DNA of 32,000 nt from Candidatus Poseidoniaceae archaeon (GCA_943789275.1 CALSTM010000001.1:540001-572000), one strand, 5' to 3'. Positions 24,058-32,000 are shown, counted from the first letter of the stretch. The notes: generated by a model not told the origin, from the sequence alone. Program-made: numbers and translations.

Positions 24058-25476
24058 TCACACCTTGAACCGTTTTTCGAGGTCAGCGACCCGTTCAGGA
24101 CTGCAGAAGATGATCAATCGGTCATCTTTCAACAAGGCTTTGTCCGGAGAGGGGCGGAGTGATTCCCAAGTACCGTTCGTGTTTTGACGTTGTATGAAGG
24201 CAATACGCATCCACTCTGGGAAGGATGCTTCAAGAATCCGCTTTCCAGCGAATCTTGCTTGTTCTGAAACAAGCATACTCACACCAATGATGTTTGGGAT
24301 GTTCGAGAGTATAGCGTATCCGCCTGCAGTTTTGGTGTGTATTTGGGCGAGCATGTTATCGACGGCAACCCGCTTTCGGTCAACTGCAAAGGTGATGCCC
24401 ATGCGCTGCGTAACCTTCACCAAGTCTGCATCGTAGAGCAAAAGTCCAGTGCGCTGAACGCCCATGTCACTGGCCAGTAAAGCCGCAGCAATGCTTGCAA
24501 GGTCGTCTTCTAAAGCGGCAATGGCTATATGATGTTCAGAAATACCAATTTCAGTAAGAATATCTCGGTCAAGGTGGTCGCCGTGAATCACCTCGAGGTT
24601 GGGATGAGAGCCAATGTCTGTGCCAGACAATGCGTTTGCAACCTGTAAATCCCGTTCGATAACGGTAACAGACGCACCAGATTCAAGCCAGTCATCAGCG
24701 ATTCGTTGACCAATTTTATTTGCACCAATGACGGCAACTCGAGGTTGTGCGGGGAAGTCGGTCGCCTCATGACCGAAAATATTCAAAATTCGGTTGAAAC
24801 TCGAAAGGCCTGTCGTGGCTACTGCAATGCGATCGTTTGGCATTAACATGAAGTCTCCGTCTGGCACGAGACTTTTCTCGCCTTCACGCTTGAGGCCTAC
24901 AATCAATGGCATACCGCCCTCAATTTTGTGGGTCGCTTCTCTGAGTTTTTGGAACACGACTTGAGTTGCTTGGGCAGTGACGTCCAATTCGATGATGAAA
25001 GCATCGTGGCCAAAAGGCACGACCTCCTCAATGGCTGAAGAACGTAATCCCGAATGCAAGCGACGTATGGCGCCTTCAAGGGGATTTACAACGTGGTTTA
25101 CCTTTGCCCATGACTGGAGTTTTCCATCGTTTTGTTCATGGATGTAATTCATGTTACGAACACGGCAGATCGAAAGCAACGGTTTGGCTTTCGGCCCAGC
25201 TATTTCGTGGTGAGCATGGTCGGCGAGTGCACATGCAAGCAAGTTACGTTCATCCGAATTTGTTGCAGCCACAAACACTGACGCCTCCCCAATTCCCGCC
25301 TCGTAGAGTTTTTCACGGGTTGTCAGGTCACCATGGATGACAAGTACATCGAGATTTTGAGCGTTTTTCACTGCGCGTGAGTCGGAGTCAACCAGAACGA
25401 CATCCATGTCTTCTGCACGAAGAGCACGAGCCATATCAGTCCCAACTCTCCCTGCACCTCCAATGATTATTCGCAT
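24058..25476 (-). CDS. trkA: Potassium uptake protein TrkA (tandem RCK/NAD-binding domains)
   Basis: MRIIIGGAGRVGTDMARAL is the first Rossmann GxGxxG motif. A second RCK-N-like half begins at VAVIGANKIGQRIA. At 472 aa the length is typical of double-RCK TrkA. The gene is translationally coupled to trkH. Confidence 0.9.
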   Translation of the reverse strand: MRIIIGGAGRVGTDMARALRAEDMDVVLVDSDSRAVKNAQNLDVLVIHGDLTTREKLYEAGIGEASVFVAATNSDERNLLACALADHAHHEIAGPKAKPLLSICRVRNMNYIHEQNDGKLQSWAKVNHVVNPLEGAIRRLHSGLRSSAIEEVVPFGHDAFIIELDVTAQATQVVFQKLREATHKIEGGMPLIVGLKREGEKSLVPDGDFMLMPNDRIAVATTGLSSFNRILNIFGHEATDFPAQPRVAVIGANKIGQRIADDWLESGASVTVIERDLQVANALSGTDIGSHPNLEVIHGDHLDRDILTEIGISEHHIAIAALEDDLASIAAALLASDMGVQRTGLLLYDADLVKVTQRMGITFAVDRKRVAVDNMLAQIHTKTAGGYAILSNIPNIIGVSMLVSEQARFAGKRILEASFPEWMRIAFIQRQNTNGTWESLRPSPDKALLKDDRLIIFCSPERVADLEKRFKV

Positions 25477-25480
25477 GGTA

Positions 25481-27091
25481 TCACCTCAAACTCTCGGGAA
25501 GAATTTTCACTTGGTATTTTCCGCCGTTTAAATCAACATCGCCGAGTGTAGTGTAAAGCGGAGGCACTCGGTCAGTACCTGAGTTCTTGGAGTACTTTCC
25601 TGGAGAATAGTAGTTGCTGAGAAGCGTACCCGTGCTGTCAGGTTCTTCAATCCATGCAATGTAAGCATTCGGGGTATGGAGCAACCATTTGTTGTTGACA
25701 ACATCGACGGATGCCTCGACAAAGCAAGAATCAAGGGTGATGTCTCGAGATTCACACCATGAATCTTTCATTGGAAGTTGAATGTATCCCCAGCCGTGGC
25801 CTTCCCAATCGTTGTAATTCGTGTCAACAAGAGCCCCAAACACATACCAGCCAGGGATTTTGTTCACTCGCAACAGCGAGAGGAAAGCATTGGTTTGCTC
25901 ATCACAATCTCCGGTCTTGTCTTGAAGACACACCGGTCCGCTGCGAGCGGTGAGCGGAGCGTTTTTGTCGTAGCTGATGTGCTCGTGAAGGTAATCAAAC
26001 GCTGCCCGTGAGTATGCATATGCGTTGTCCTTTCGATTCTCTGGAAGGCTCGAAGTGATCAGGGCTGCTGTTTGCGTGACCAACTCGTCTTGAGCATTAA
26101 TGGCATTTCCTCTGTAGACTCCATCAGCATCTACGCCGCGGTCGTACCATGTCGCATCAGTGAAGTCACGAGATTTATCACCGTCTCCTCGCATGATGAG
26201 ATCATCAAATGTACCGCTGTTCTCGATGTTAATTCCATCATCAATACCTGCAATACGGGAATCGACCCGTGAAGATTTGTCCCACCACGAATAGGATGTG
26301 CTCGTAACGGTCACTTGGTACGAGAAAATGGCCGTTTGACCTGGGCTAAGATGAAACTCCAATTTCACGCACTGAGACACCTTGCACGAATTATTGTCGT
26401 TTGGATTGAATTCTGGCCACCACACATGATGCCCTTGCGAGGTTGTCAAACGGTCCTCATAAGATAGAATCGAGCCGTTAATGGGAATCTCAATAAAGTC
26501 ATCAACCACTTGTTCACTCGATTTCAAAATTAAATTGACCGCAAGGAGTTCTTGGATCATTTCAGTCGACCGGGGAGAATCACCGTTGGTGTATTCGAAA
26601 TCTGTATTTTGACCTGAGAGAGATTCGATGTTGAGTGGAATCAGTATATCTTCATATGCCCACCCATTGTTCGCTCCGTTGGTAAGAACAACTGTTCTGT
26701 CAAGTGTAAACGTAGCTTCATTTGGATAGATATGAAAATCAGCAGGAAAGAGCATGATGTATTCTTTGAGCCCAGGAGCCCATTCTTCAAACACATTTTC
26801 TCGAACTTGCGGAGCGAGCATGATGAATGTTACCAAAACCAAAAGAACAACGTGACGAGATTTATTCCTTCGATTCTTCATGATGTCGACGGTGCGTCCG
26901 GTATGTGTTTGTACAACTCCACCCGCAGTGGGTCGCTTCGTCATTTTGTAGGTTGTATCCAGGCTGCCTTTGTGGAATTGTTGCTCCATTGCGAACTTGT
27001 CCGAACGAATACTTGCCAAAATCCTACCGCATGAATAGCAAATCGTGTCGCCGGTATAGGTGACACTTTGGCAGTAGGGGCAGGAACCCAT
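25481..27091 (-). CDS. Membrane-anchored transglutaminase-like (papain-fold Cys-His-Asp) protein with an N-terminal cytoplasmic zinc ribbon
   Basis: The zinc ribbon is CPYCQSVTYTGDTICYSCG and the TM helix is VVLLVLVTFIMLAP. A large extracytoplasmic region follows and ends in a transglutaminase-like core: KTGDCDEQTNAFLSLLRVNKIPGWYVFG (Cys codon 25904-25906) and WEGHGWGYIQ. The ORF-track start at 27169 is GTG. The ATG at 27091 (MGSCPYCQ) is preferred. The stop is 4 nt from the trkA start. Confidence 0.7.
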   Translation of the reverse strand: MGSCPYCQSVTYTGDTICYSCGRILASIRSDKFAMEQQFHKGSLDTTYKMTKRPTAGGVVQTHTGRTVDIMKNRRNKSRHVVLLVLVTFIMLAPQVRENVFEEWAPGLKEYIMLFPADFHIYPNEATFTLDRTVVLTNGANNGWAYEDILIPLNIESLSGQNTDFEYTNGDSPRSTEMIQELLAVNLILKSSEQVVDDFIEIPINGSILSYEDRLTTSQGHHVWWPEFNPNDNNSCKVSQCVKLEFHLSPGQTAIFSYQVTVTSTSYSWWDKSSRVDSRIAGIDDGINIENSGTFDDLIMRGDGDKSRDFTDATWYDRGVDADGVYRGNAINAQDELVTQTAALITSSLPENRKDNAYAYSRAAFDYLHEHISYDKNAPLTARSGPVCLQDKTGDCDEQTNAFLSLLRVNKIPGWYVFGALVDTNYNDWEGHGWGYIQLPMKDSWCESRDITLDSCFVEASVDVVNNKWLLHTPNAYIAWIEEPDSTGTLLSNYYSPGKYSKNSGTDRVPPLYTTLGDVDLNGGKYQVKILPESLR

Positions 27092-27218
27092 GTCCAAATG
27101 GTTTGGCCGACGTTGTATAACGCTTGCGTGCGGAACACCCCGACAACGCTTATTTGCAATGGCAGGCACTTTCCAGGTCTAAACGGAGAACAGCGAATAA
27201 GTAAGCAGGTGTTTACAT

Positions 27219-28007
27219 CTATTCCTCGGCCGCTTTCCCGCCGTCACCTTGCTGAGAAGCAGCATTTTCGAGCAACATTTGTGCTTCTCTCGCATTTCTC
27301 GCCCAAATTTTACGCAAGCGCTTTTTACCTTCTTTCGGAATCGATTCCCAAATCCATGATTCAGAGTAGCGGTTGAAGATGAGCGCCGCAGGGATAATGA
27401 AAATCCATGCAGAGGCATTGACCAGAGCAAACGCAAACATGACAACATAAGCACACCTCCAAAAAGCACCACGCAGAACAGCACCCCATCGTCTACCCTG
27501 AAGCATGAGATGACCTTGGAACGAACAGATGAGCGCCTCGCAACGAGGGCCAAACAAGCCAAGGCACAGAACAGTTACTCCCAAACGGATGTCGAAATCA
27601 GAGGACTGAAGGCTAACTAAAATCATGACCATAGCCAACATTCCTCCAATGGCAAGGCCCAAGGCCCAACCACTGGTTGTTTGCGAACTTCCTTTCCGCA
27701 CACGGTCACGACGGAGTAAAAGGTGTACTGCAACGGATGCAAGAACGCACAAGAGCAAGAGATTGATCGGGTTGACAACCGCAGCCTGTTCATCAACAAG
27801 CAACTGTTCAATGTAAGGAATAAGTATGAAGTTATGCGTCAGTGAACCGTAGAAACCACCGACCAAAATACCCCAAAAAACGTTACTCCATGCAGTTGGC
27901 AAGTCATAGAACCCTGAATAACGAGTCATGACACCCCGCCATCCAAGTGTCATGCCAACCAATGCCGACGCGCTGGCCAGTTGGAACAGTAAAAAGTCCG
28001 AGGCCAT
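27219..28007 (-). CDS. Hypothetical polytopic membrane protein (about 7 TM helices) with a basic helical C-terminal tail
   Basis: 262 aa with an ATG start and multiple hydrophobic helices. The C-terminal segment KEGKKRLRKIWARNAREAQMLLENAASQQGDGGKAAEE is basic, then helical, then acidic. I recognise no family motif. The gene is divergent from the Get3/ArsA gene across an 89-nt spacer. Confidence 0.6.
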   Translation of the reverse strand: MASDFLLFQLASASALVGMTLGWRGVMTRYSGFYDLPTAWSNVFWGILVGGFYGSLTHNFILIPYIEQLLVDEQAAVVNPINLLLLCVLASVAVHLLLRRDRVRKGSSQTTSGWALGLAIGGMLAMVMILVSLQSSDFDIRLGVTVLCLGLFGPRCEALICSFQGHLMLQGRRWGAVLRGAFWRCAYVVMFAFALVNASAWIFIIPAALIFNRYSESWIWESIPKEGKKRLRKIWARNAREAQMLLENAASQQGDGGKAAEE

Positions 28008-28096
28008 GACCGGTGGGTTGCGTTTTCATTCATCAAGTCGTTGCCTCATCGAGGCGCAGGCGTTGGATTCAAGGACTGCCTCCCTTTGGGGAAGGT

Positions 28097-29368
28097 ATGG
28101 CACGACTTTTGTTGTTTGGTGGAAAGGGTGGAGTTGGAAAAACGACAACATCAGCAGCGACTGCTGTTTGGCTAGCCGACTCTGGTCTGCGTGTACTCCT
28201 CGTTTCGAGCGACCCGGCTCACTCGACCTCTGATTCACTCGGCGTAGAAATCGGTTCAGAACCGACACAAATCGAAGGTGTCGAAGGGCTGTTCGGACTG
28301 GAAATGGACCCCGAATCCAAAATATCTTCCGTGCTACCAAAACTGGGTGACATGATGAATGGAATGGGCTCTGGCGGCGGCATGGGTGGATTGGGGAGTC
28401 TAAGCATGATGCTGGATCCAAATGCGAAACAGGAAATGGAAGAGATGCGTTCTGAAGTTCAAGCCTCCGACATGGTCATTCCTGGCCTGGATGAGGCACT
28501 TGCTTTTGATGAATTACTTCGTCACGTCGAAGACCCAACTTGGGATGTCATCGTATTTGACACGGCTCCAACTGGCCACACTCTTCGGTTCCTATCGCTC
28601 CCCGAGTTGATTGAAAATTGGTCCGATAAAATCATCCGAATGATGCGAGTCTCTGGCGGACTGCGCTCAATGTTATTTGGACGCAAAGAAAGCGATTCCA
28701 TGAAAGAAGAATTGGAGCGGTTTCGTCGCAGAGTTTTGCATGTCCGCCGAGTTCTCTCGAACCCAGATATTACCTCATTCACCCTTGTCACCATTCCCGA
28801 GCGAATGGGTATCAATGAAACCTTGAGAGCGCATCAATCCTTATGCGAATATGAGTTGCCTGTACCAAACTGCTTGGTCAATCGAGTGACGCCTGAATTT
28901 GACCATCCCTTTTTGATGAACAGACGGGAATCAGAACTGGCGAGAATAGATGAATTAAGTTCACAGTTGGAAAGTGTGGAAATCGCAACGATGGAGTTGT
29001 TGGACGACGAAGTCGTTGGTCTTGAACAGTTGCGCAATGTTGGGAGCCGACTGTATGGAGAGGTCGAACAATTGGACGATACCCTTGGCCCTCATCGAAT
29101 TGGTAGCGCACTTGAACACTCGATACATCGAGGCATGAAGCGAGAAATTCACGACGATGTGGAACGGATCTTTCTTCATTACCCCGGCATAAACCGAGAC
29201 GAATTATCGCTACGAAGCAATGAGGGAATACTCTATGTTGGCCTGAACGGTAGAGAGCGTGAAGTCAAAACCTCTGTTCCAACCAAGGCAAGCCAAGTCA
29301 AAGCAAAACTCGAGAACGATGTTTTGCAACTCGACATCCCGCTCACACAAAGTGAGAACTCATCTTGA
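28097..29368 (+). CDS. Get3/ArsA-family (single-domain) ATPase with a Met/Gly-rich insert and a C-terminal ArsA-HSP20-like domain
   Basis: MARLLLFGGKGGVGKTTTSAATAVWLA is the deviant Walker A. Also present are LLVSSDPAHSTSD, PGLDEALAFDEL and the signature FDTAPTGHTLRFLSLP. The Met/Gly-rich segment MMNGMGSGGGMGGLGSLSMML (28349-28414) occupies the position of the Get3 client-binding helices. The C-terminus IFLHYPGINRDELSLRSNEGILYVGLNGREREVKTSVP...AKLENDVLQLDIPL fits the alpha-crystallin-like ArsA_HSP20 pattern. The ORF-track start at 28013 is GTG. The ATG at 28097 follows GGGGAAGG. Confidence 0.85.
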   Translation: MARLLLFGGKGGVGKTTTSAATAVWLADSGLRVLLVSSDPAHSTSDSLGVEIGSEPTQIEGVEGLFGLEMDPESKISSVLPKLGDMMNGMGSGGGMGGLGSLSMMLDPNAKQEMEEMRSEVQASDMVIPGLDEALAFDELLRHVEDPTWDVIVFDTAPTGHTLRFLSLPELIENWSDKIIRMMRVSGGLRSMLFGRKESDSMKEELERFRRRVLHVRRVLSNPDITSFTLVTIPERMGINETLRAHQSLCEYELPVPNCLVNRVTPEFDHPFLMNRRESELARIDELSSQLESVEIATMELLDDEVVGLEQLRNVGSRLYGEVEQLDDTLGPHRIGSALEHSIHRGMKREIHDDVERIFLHYPGINRDELSLRSNEGILYVGLNGREREVKTSVPTKASQVKAKLENDVLQLDIPLTQSENSS

Positions 29369-29409
29369 ACGATGGGTGGGTTGAAATGGGATAGCCGTTA
29401 CGGGAAGTT

Positions 29410-30780
29410 ATGGCACTCGAAGGCCTTTCCAGAGGTATTTTTCGTTCTATCGGGTTGCTGAAGAACAAACGCAAGTTGGATGAAGAGGAACTTCGAGAAA
29501 TGACTCGAAGCCTTCGCCGAGCATTACAAGAGGCGGATTTCAACGTTCGGCAAACCAAAGATTTGGTTGAGAAACTCGAGGCTCGGCTCCGTGAAGAAGA
29601 GCCACGCCCTGGTTTGACACTCCAAACCCATGCGATGAATATCCTCTATACCGAACTGGTTCGCTTGCTCGGTCCCGCTCATCAGTTTCAACCGCATGGT
29701 GCTACGCTTCTGTTGGTGGGTTTGTACGGTCAAGGTAAAACAACAACCACTGCGAAACTCGCTGAATGGTACCGTAAGAAGCACGGTCTACGTGTTGCTG
29801 TCATTGAAGCGGACGTACACCGTCCAGGAGCATACGCTCAACTGACTCAATTGCTTGAGGATTCGACCGTCCAAGTCTATGGCGAGCCGGAAACCAAAGA
29901 TGCTCCAACCATTGTTCGCAACGGGCTAGCAGCATGTGCTGCTGCGGATTTAGTGATTGTTGATACTGCAGGTCGCCACCAACTCGACCAAGAATTAGTG
30001 GATGAACTTGAACAGATATCAGCCATTACACGGGCAAGTGAGCGCTGGCTTGTCATTGATGCACAAGTCGGACAAGCTGCTGGACCTGTCGCTGCATCCT
30101 TCCACACCCTTGCAGGAGTCACTGGAATTGTCATCACCAAACTCGATGGTACGGCCCGTGGTGGTGGTGCACTTTCCGCAGTTGCTGCTACTGGAGCACC
30201 AATTGTACACATCGGTACCGGAGAAAATGTACCTGACTTAGAGAAATTTGAATCGGATCGTTTCATTTCTCGTCTTCTCGGAATGGGGGATATTCAGGGC
30301 CTCATTGATTTAGCCCCTGATGATATGGATGAAGAAGAAGCCATGCGTCTCACACAGCGCTTGATGAGTGGACGATTCACACTCAATGACATGTACAAAC
30401 AAATGGAGATGATGTCCAAAGTTGGCACCATTGACAAATTGATGTCCTTTTTGCCAGGCAACATGCTCGGTGGAATGGGCGCTATGTCCAAAGGCCAAAA
30501 AGAGGCCATGCAAGGAAATCTCGACCGTTACCGAACCATCATGGACAGCATGACTACATGGGAAAAGAATGAACCTGCTAAAATCAAGGCAGACCGTATA
30601 CGAAGGGTCGCTCGTGGATCTGGTGTTCGGGAAAAGGATGTTCGAGAACTCATCGCTCAATGGAACCGCTCACGTAAGATGATGAAAGGCATGGGTGGAA
30701 ATCGAAAACTGAACAAGCAAATGCGTAAGATGATGAAAGAAGGTGACATGGACATCGACCCGTCATCTTTTGGAATGTAA
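29410..30780 (+). CDS. srp54: Signal recognition particle protein Srp54
   Basis: The N domain is followed by an SRP-type GTPase G domain (GLYGQGKTTTTAKLA, DTAGRH, TKLDGTARGGGALS) and a Met-rich M domain (MRLTQRLMSGRFTLNDMYKQMEMMSKVG...MMKGMGG...MRKMMKEG). Confidence 0.95.
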   Translation: MALEGLSRGIFRSIGLLKNKRKLDEEELREMTRSLRRALQEADFNVRQTKDLVEKLEARLREEEPRPGLTLQTHAMNILYTELVRLLGPAHQFQPHGATLLLVGLYGQGKTTTTAKLAEWYRKKHGLRVAVIEADVHRPGAYAQLTQLLEDSTVQVYGEPETKDAPTIVRNGLAACAAADLVIVDTAGRHQLDQELVDELEQISAITRASERWLVIDAQVGQAAGPVAASFHTLAGVTGIVITKLDGTARGGGALSAVAATGAPIVHIGTGENVPDLEKFESDRFISRLLGMGDIQGLIDLAPDDMDEEEAMRLTQRLMSGRFTLNDMYKQMEMMSKVGTIDKLMSFLPGNMLGGMGAMSKGQKEAMQGNLDRYRTIMDSMTTWEKNEPAKIKADRIRRVARGSGVREKDVRELIAQWNRSRKMMKGMGGNRKLNKQMRKMMKEGDMDIDPSSFGM

Positions 30781-30796
30781 TCCCAACCCCTTTTAG

Positions 30797-31012
30797 GTGC
30801 CGGCCCTTCGTTATACTGTGCGCAGACTTGTTCTGATTTTTGTTACCCTCATGATGCTGCAAAGCGCATCAGTCATGGCAACTGCCCACGGACGCGCAAC
30901 TTCAATGGAACTCTCAACGGCAAAATACGATTGGCTCTCAAACGAAACGATTGCTGTCAATGTTGAGATCACCAATGCCCCTTCGTTTGATGCCTTTCAG
31001 CGCCAAGAGTGA
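30797..31012 (+). CDS. Possible small secreted protein, or the remnant of a larger one (hypothetical)
   Basis: This is the only ORF filling the 233-nt gap between the srp54 stop and the convergent membrane gene. It has a GTG start and a signal-peptide-like N-terminus (RRLVLIFVTLMMLQSASVMATAHG), followed by the beginning of a beta-rich segment (ETIAVNVEITNAP). Support is weak. Confidence 0.25.
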   Translation: MPALRYTVRRLVLIFVTLMMLQSASVMATAHGRATSMELSTAKYDWLSNETIAVNVEITNAPSFDAFQRQE

Positions 31013-31013
31013 A

Positions 31014-31670
31014 TCACTCTTCTTCATACTTTGAAGCAAGATGCGCACTCACCAAAGAAAGATTGCAGTATGGGCAGGCGTCTTTTGGATTCAGCAAATC
31101 AGGGCGAATGGCAAGAATAGCCATACAATGTGGACAGGCAGCGAGCATTTCTCCCGGTTCCAATTCAATCTGCTGGAAGTTTTCAGAACGGCCAAAATAG
31201 GCGTTCTTGTACGAAGGATGAAAATGCGAAAGGGAACGGCGAGCGGAGCCAAAAGTAGCCCACGTGAACAGGAAAATCCACAGCAGGTAACTCATACCTC
31301 CCGTCATAAAACCGTACAAGGACATGAGGGCATTGATTCCAAAGAAACCTCCAGCCAGGCCAATAACTGCAGCGCCGGGCCAGTAAGCGATTGCTGAACG
31401 GCGACGGTATGCCAACCAAACTGCGATGAGAACACCTGCCAGAATACCGATAACGATACTCGCGACCCCCTCTGGCAAATATGGAGTGAATTGGGAACCA
31501 ATGAACAGGAGTACGAGGCTATCAATGAAGAGCACGAAGGTAATTCCACGGTGCAGACGAAGGTACGGATTGGAATCATCCGACATCTGGTAGGGACGCA
31601 TACCGGCAATGACCATCTCATCAGCACGGTCTGCCATACACATCCCTGTGGTCCATTGCGTTTGAATCAT
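31014..31670 (-). CDS. Hypothetical membrane protein (about 4 TM helices) with a C-terminal CxxC...CxxC zinc ribbon
   Basis: 218 aa with an ATG start. Four hydrophobic helices are visible (ITFVLFIDSLVLLFIG, IVIGILAGVLIAVWLA, AAVIGLAGGFFGINALMSLYGF, YLLWIFLFTWATF). They are followed by CPHCMAILAIRPDLLNPKDACPYC. Confidence 0.6.
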   Translation of the reverse strand: MIQTQWTTGMCMADRADEMVIAGMRPYQMSDDSNPYLRLHRGITFVLFIDSLVLLFIGSQFTPYLPEGVASIVIGILAGVLIAVWLAYRRRSAIAYWPGAAVIGLAGGFFGINALMSLYGFMTGGMSYLLWIFLFTWATFGSARRSLSHFHPSYKNAYFGRSENFQQIELEPGEMLAACPHCMAILAIRPDLLNPKDACPYCNLSLVSAHLASKYEEE

Positions 31671-31696
31671 TGCTCGTAGAAAGCAAACTTAACTCA

Positions 31697-32000
31697 ATGG
31701 AAGAAGTCATGATGGAGGCCATGCTGGCATTGCACATGGCGATACGAGACACCGATGTCGAAGTGCGGGGCGATAGCCTTGCAGGACGCACCGTTCTGCT
31801 CGGAGTTTCGGGAGGAATCGCCGCGGTTGATACTGTACGACTCGGTCGAGAACTTCGACGACACGGCGCCGATGTTCGAGTTGCTTTGACGCATTCTGCT
31901 CAACGCATTATCACCCCACTCGCTGTTGAGTGGGCGACACAGGGGGACGTGATTACCGATTGGGATGGAAACATGGAAGTTCTGAACGAAGTCGATGGAG
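31697..32000 (+). CDS. coaBC: Phosphopantothenoylcysteine decarboxylase / phosphopantothenate-cysteine ligase (CoaBC flavoprotein), N-terminal fragment that runs off the window end
   Basis: Open-ended frame, so absent from the ORF track. My translation from the ATG at 31697 reads MEEVMMEAMLALHMAIRDTDVEVRGDSLAGRTVLLGVSGGIAAVDTVRLGRELRRHGADVRVALTHSAQRIITPLAVEW.... The pattern G-x-x-hLLGVoGGIAA...G-A-x-V-x-V-x-h-T-x-x-A-x-x-h-h-T-P-L is the Dfp/CoaC flavoprotein N-terminus. Confidence 0.8.
   Translation, partial: MEEVMMEAMLALHMAIRDTDVEVRGDSLAGRTVLLGVSGGIAAVDTVRLGRELRRHGADVRVALTHSAQRIITPLAVEWATQGDVITDWDGNMEVLNEVDG

Noticed and set aside
22581-24068. Plus-strand ORFs of 69-176 aa (for example 23324..23854 and 23601..24068)
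   Set aside because: They are antisense shadows of trkH, with Arg/Pro/Ser-rich products and no motifs.
27179-27562. 127-aa minus-strand ORF
   Set aside because: It is an alternative frame inside the 262-aa membrane-protein gene. The longer frame has consistent TM-helix periodicity and an ATG start.
28097-29368. The ArsA homologue as part of an arsenic-resistance operon
   Set aside because: It is a single-domain protein, not the duplicated ArsA. There is no arsB/acr3, arsD, arsR or arsC nearby. The Met-rich insert and HSP20-like tail point to the Get3/chaperone branch.

Overview
Dense archaeal chromosomal window, roughly 49-50% GC by eye. I call 27 CDS, two of them truncated at the window edges. 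I recognised no rRNA, tRNA, CRISPR array, transposase or integrase. Most genes are core housekeeping: the conserved archaeal exosome-proteasome superoperon (psmA, SBDS, rrp4, rrp41) on the minus strand at 1-2789, then dph6, purB, tiaS, glyS, rfcL, trkA-trkH, a Get3/ArsA-type ATPase next to srp54, and the start of coaBC. The ORF track uses GTG/TTG as well as ATG starts. Where the N-terminal sequence argued for it, I moved the start to an internal ATG and gave the alternative in the evidence. The gene content (TiaS, Dph6, RFC, Rrp4/41, archaeosortase) shows an archaeon. The large lectin-type surface protein and tight gene packing suggest a streamlined planktonic euryarchaeote, but I cannot verify that here. 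I do not see a clear, self-contained novel multi-gene system such as a defence island or mobile element. The stretches most worth a second look are: (1) a 1760-aa Lhr-type helicase whose C-terminal half is unexplained; (2) an archaeosortase-like gene end-to-end with a 1218-aa surface protein that combines a cysteine-free C-type-lectin-like domain, LamG, PPC-like modules, EF-hand and thrombospondin-3-like Ca-binding repeats, and a long cytoplasmic tail, but has no PGF-CTERM signal; (3) a Get3/ArsA-HSP20 fusion flanked by srp54 and, divergently, by an uncharacterised 7-TM protein; (4) a small island of hypothetical membrane proteins around a KaiC/RecA-like protein with a lysine-less P-loop; (5) a zinc-ribbon, membrane-anchored transglutaminase-like protein packed 4 nt upstream of trkA. 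All domain calls come from reading motifs by eye. No database search was run.
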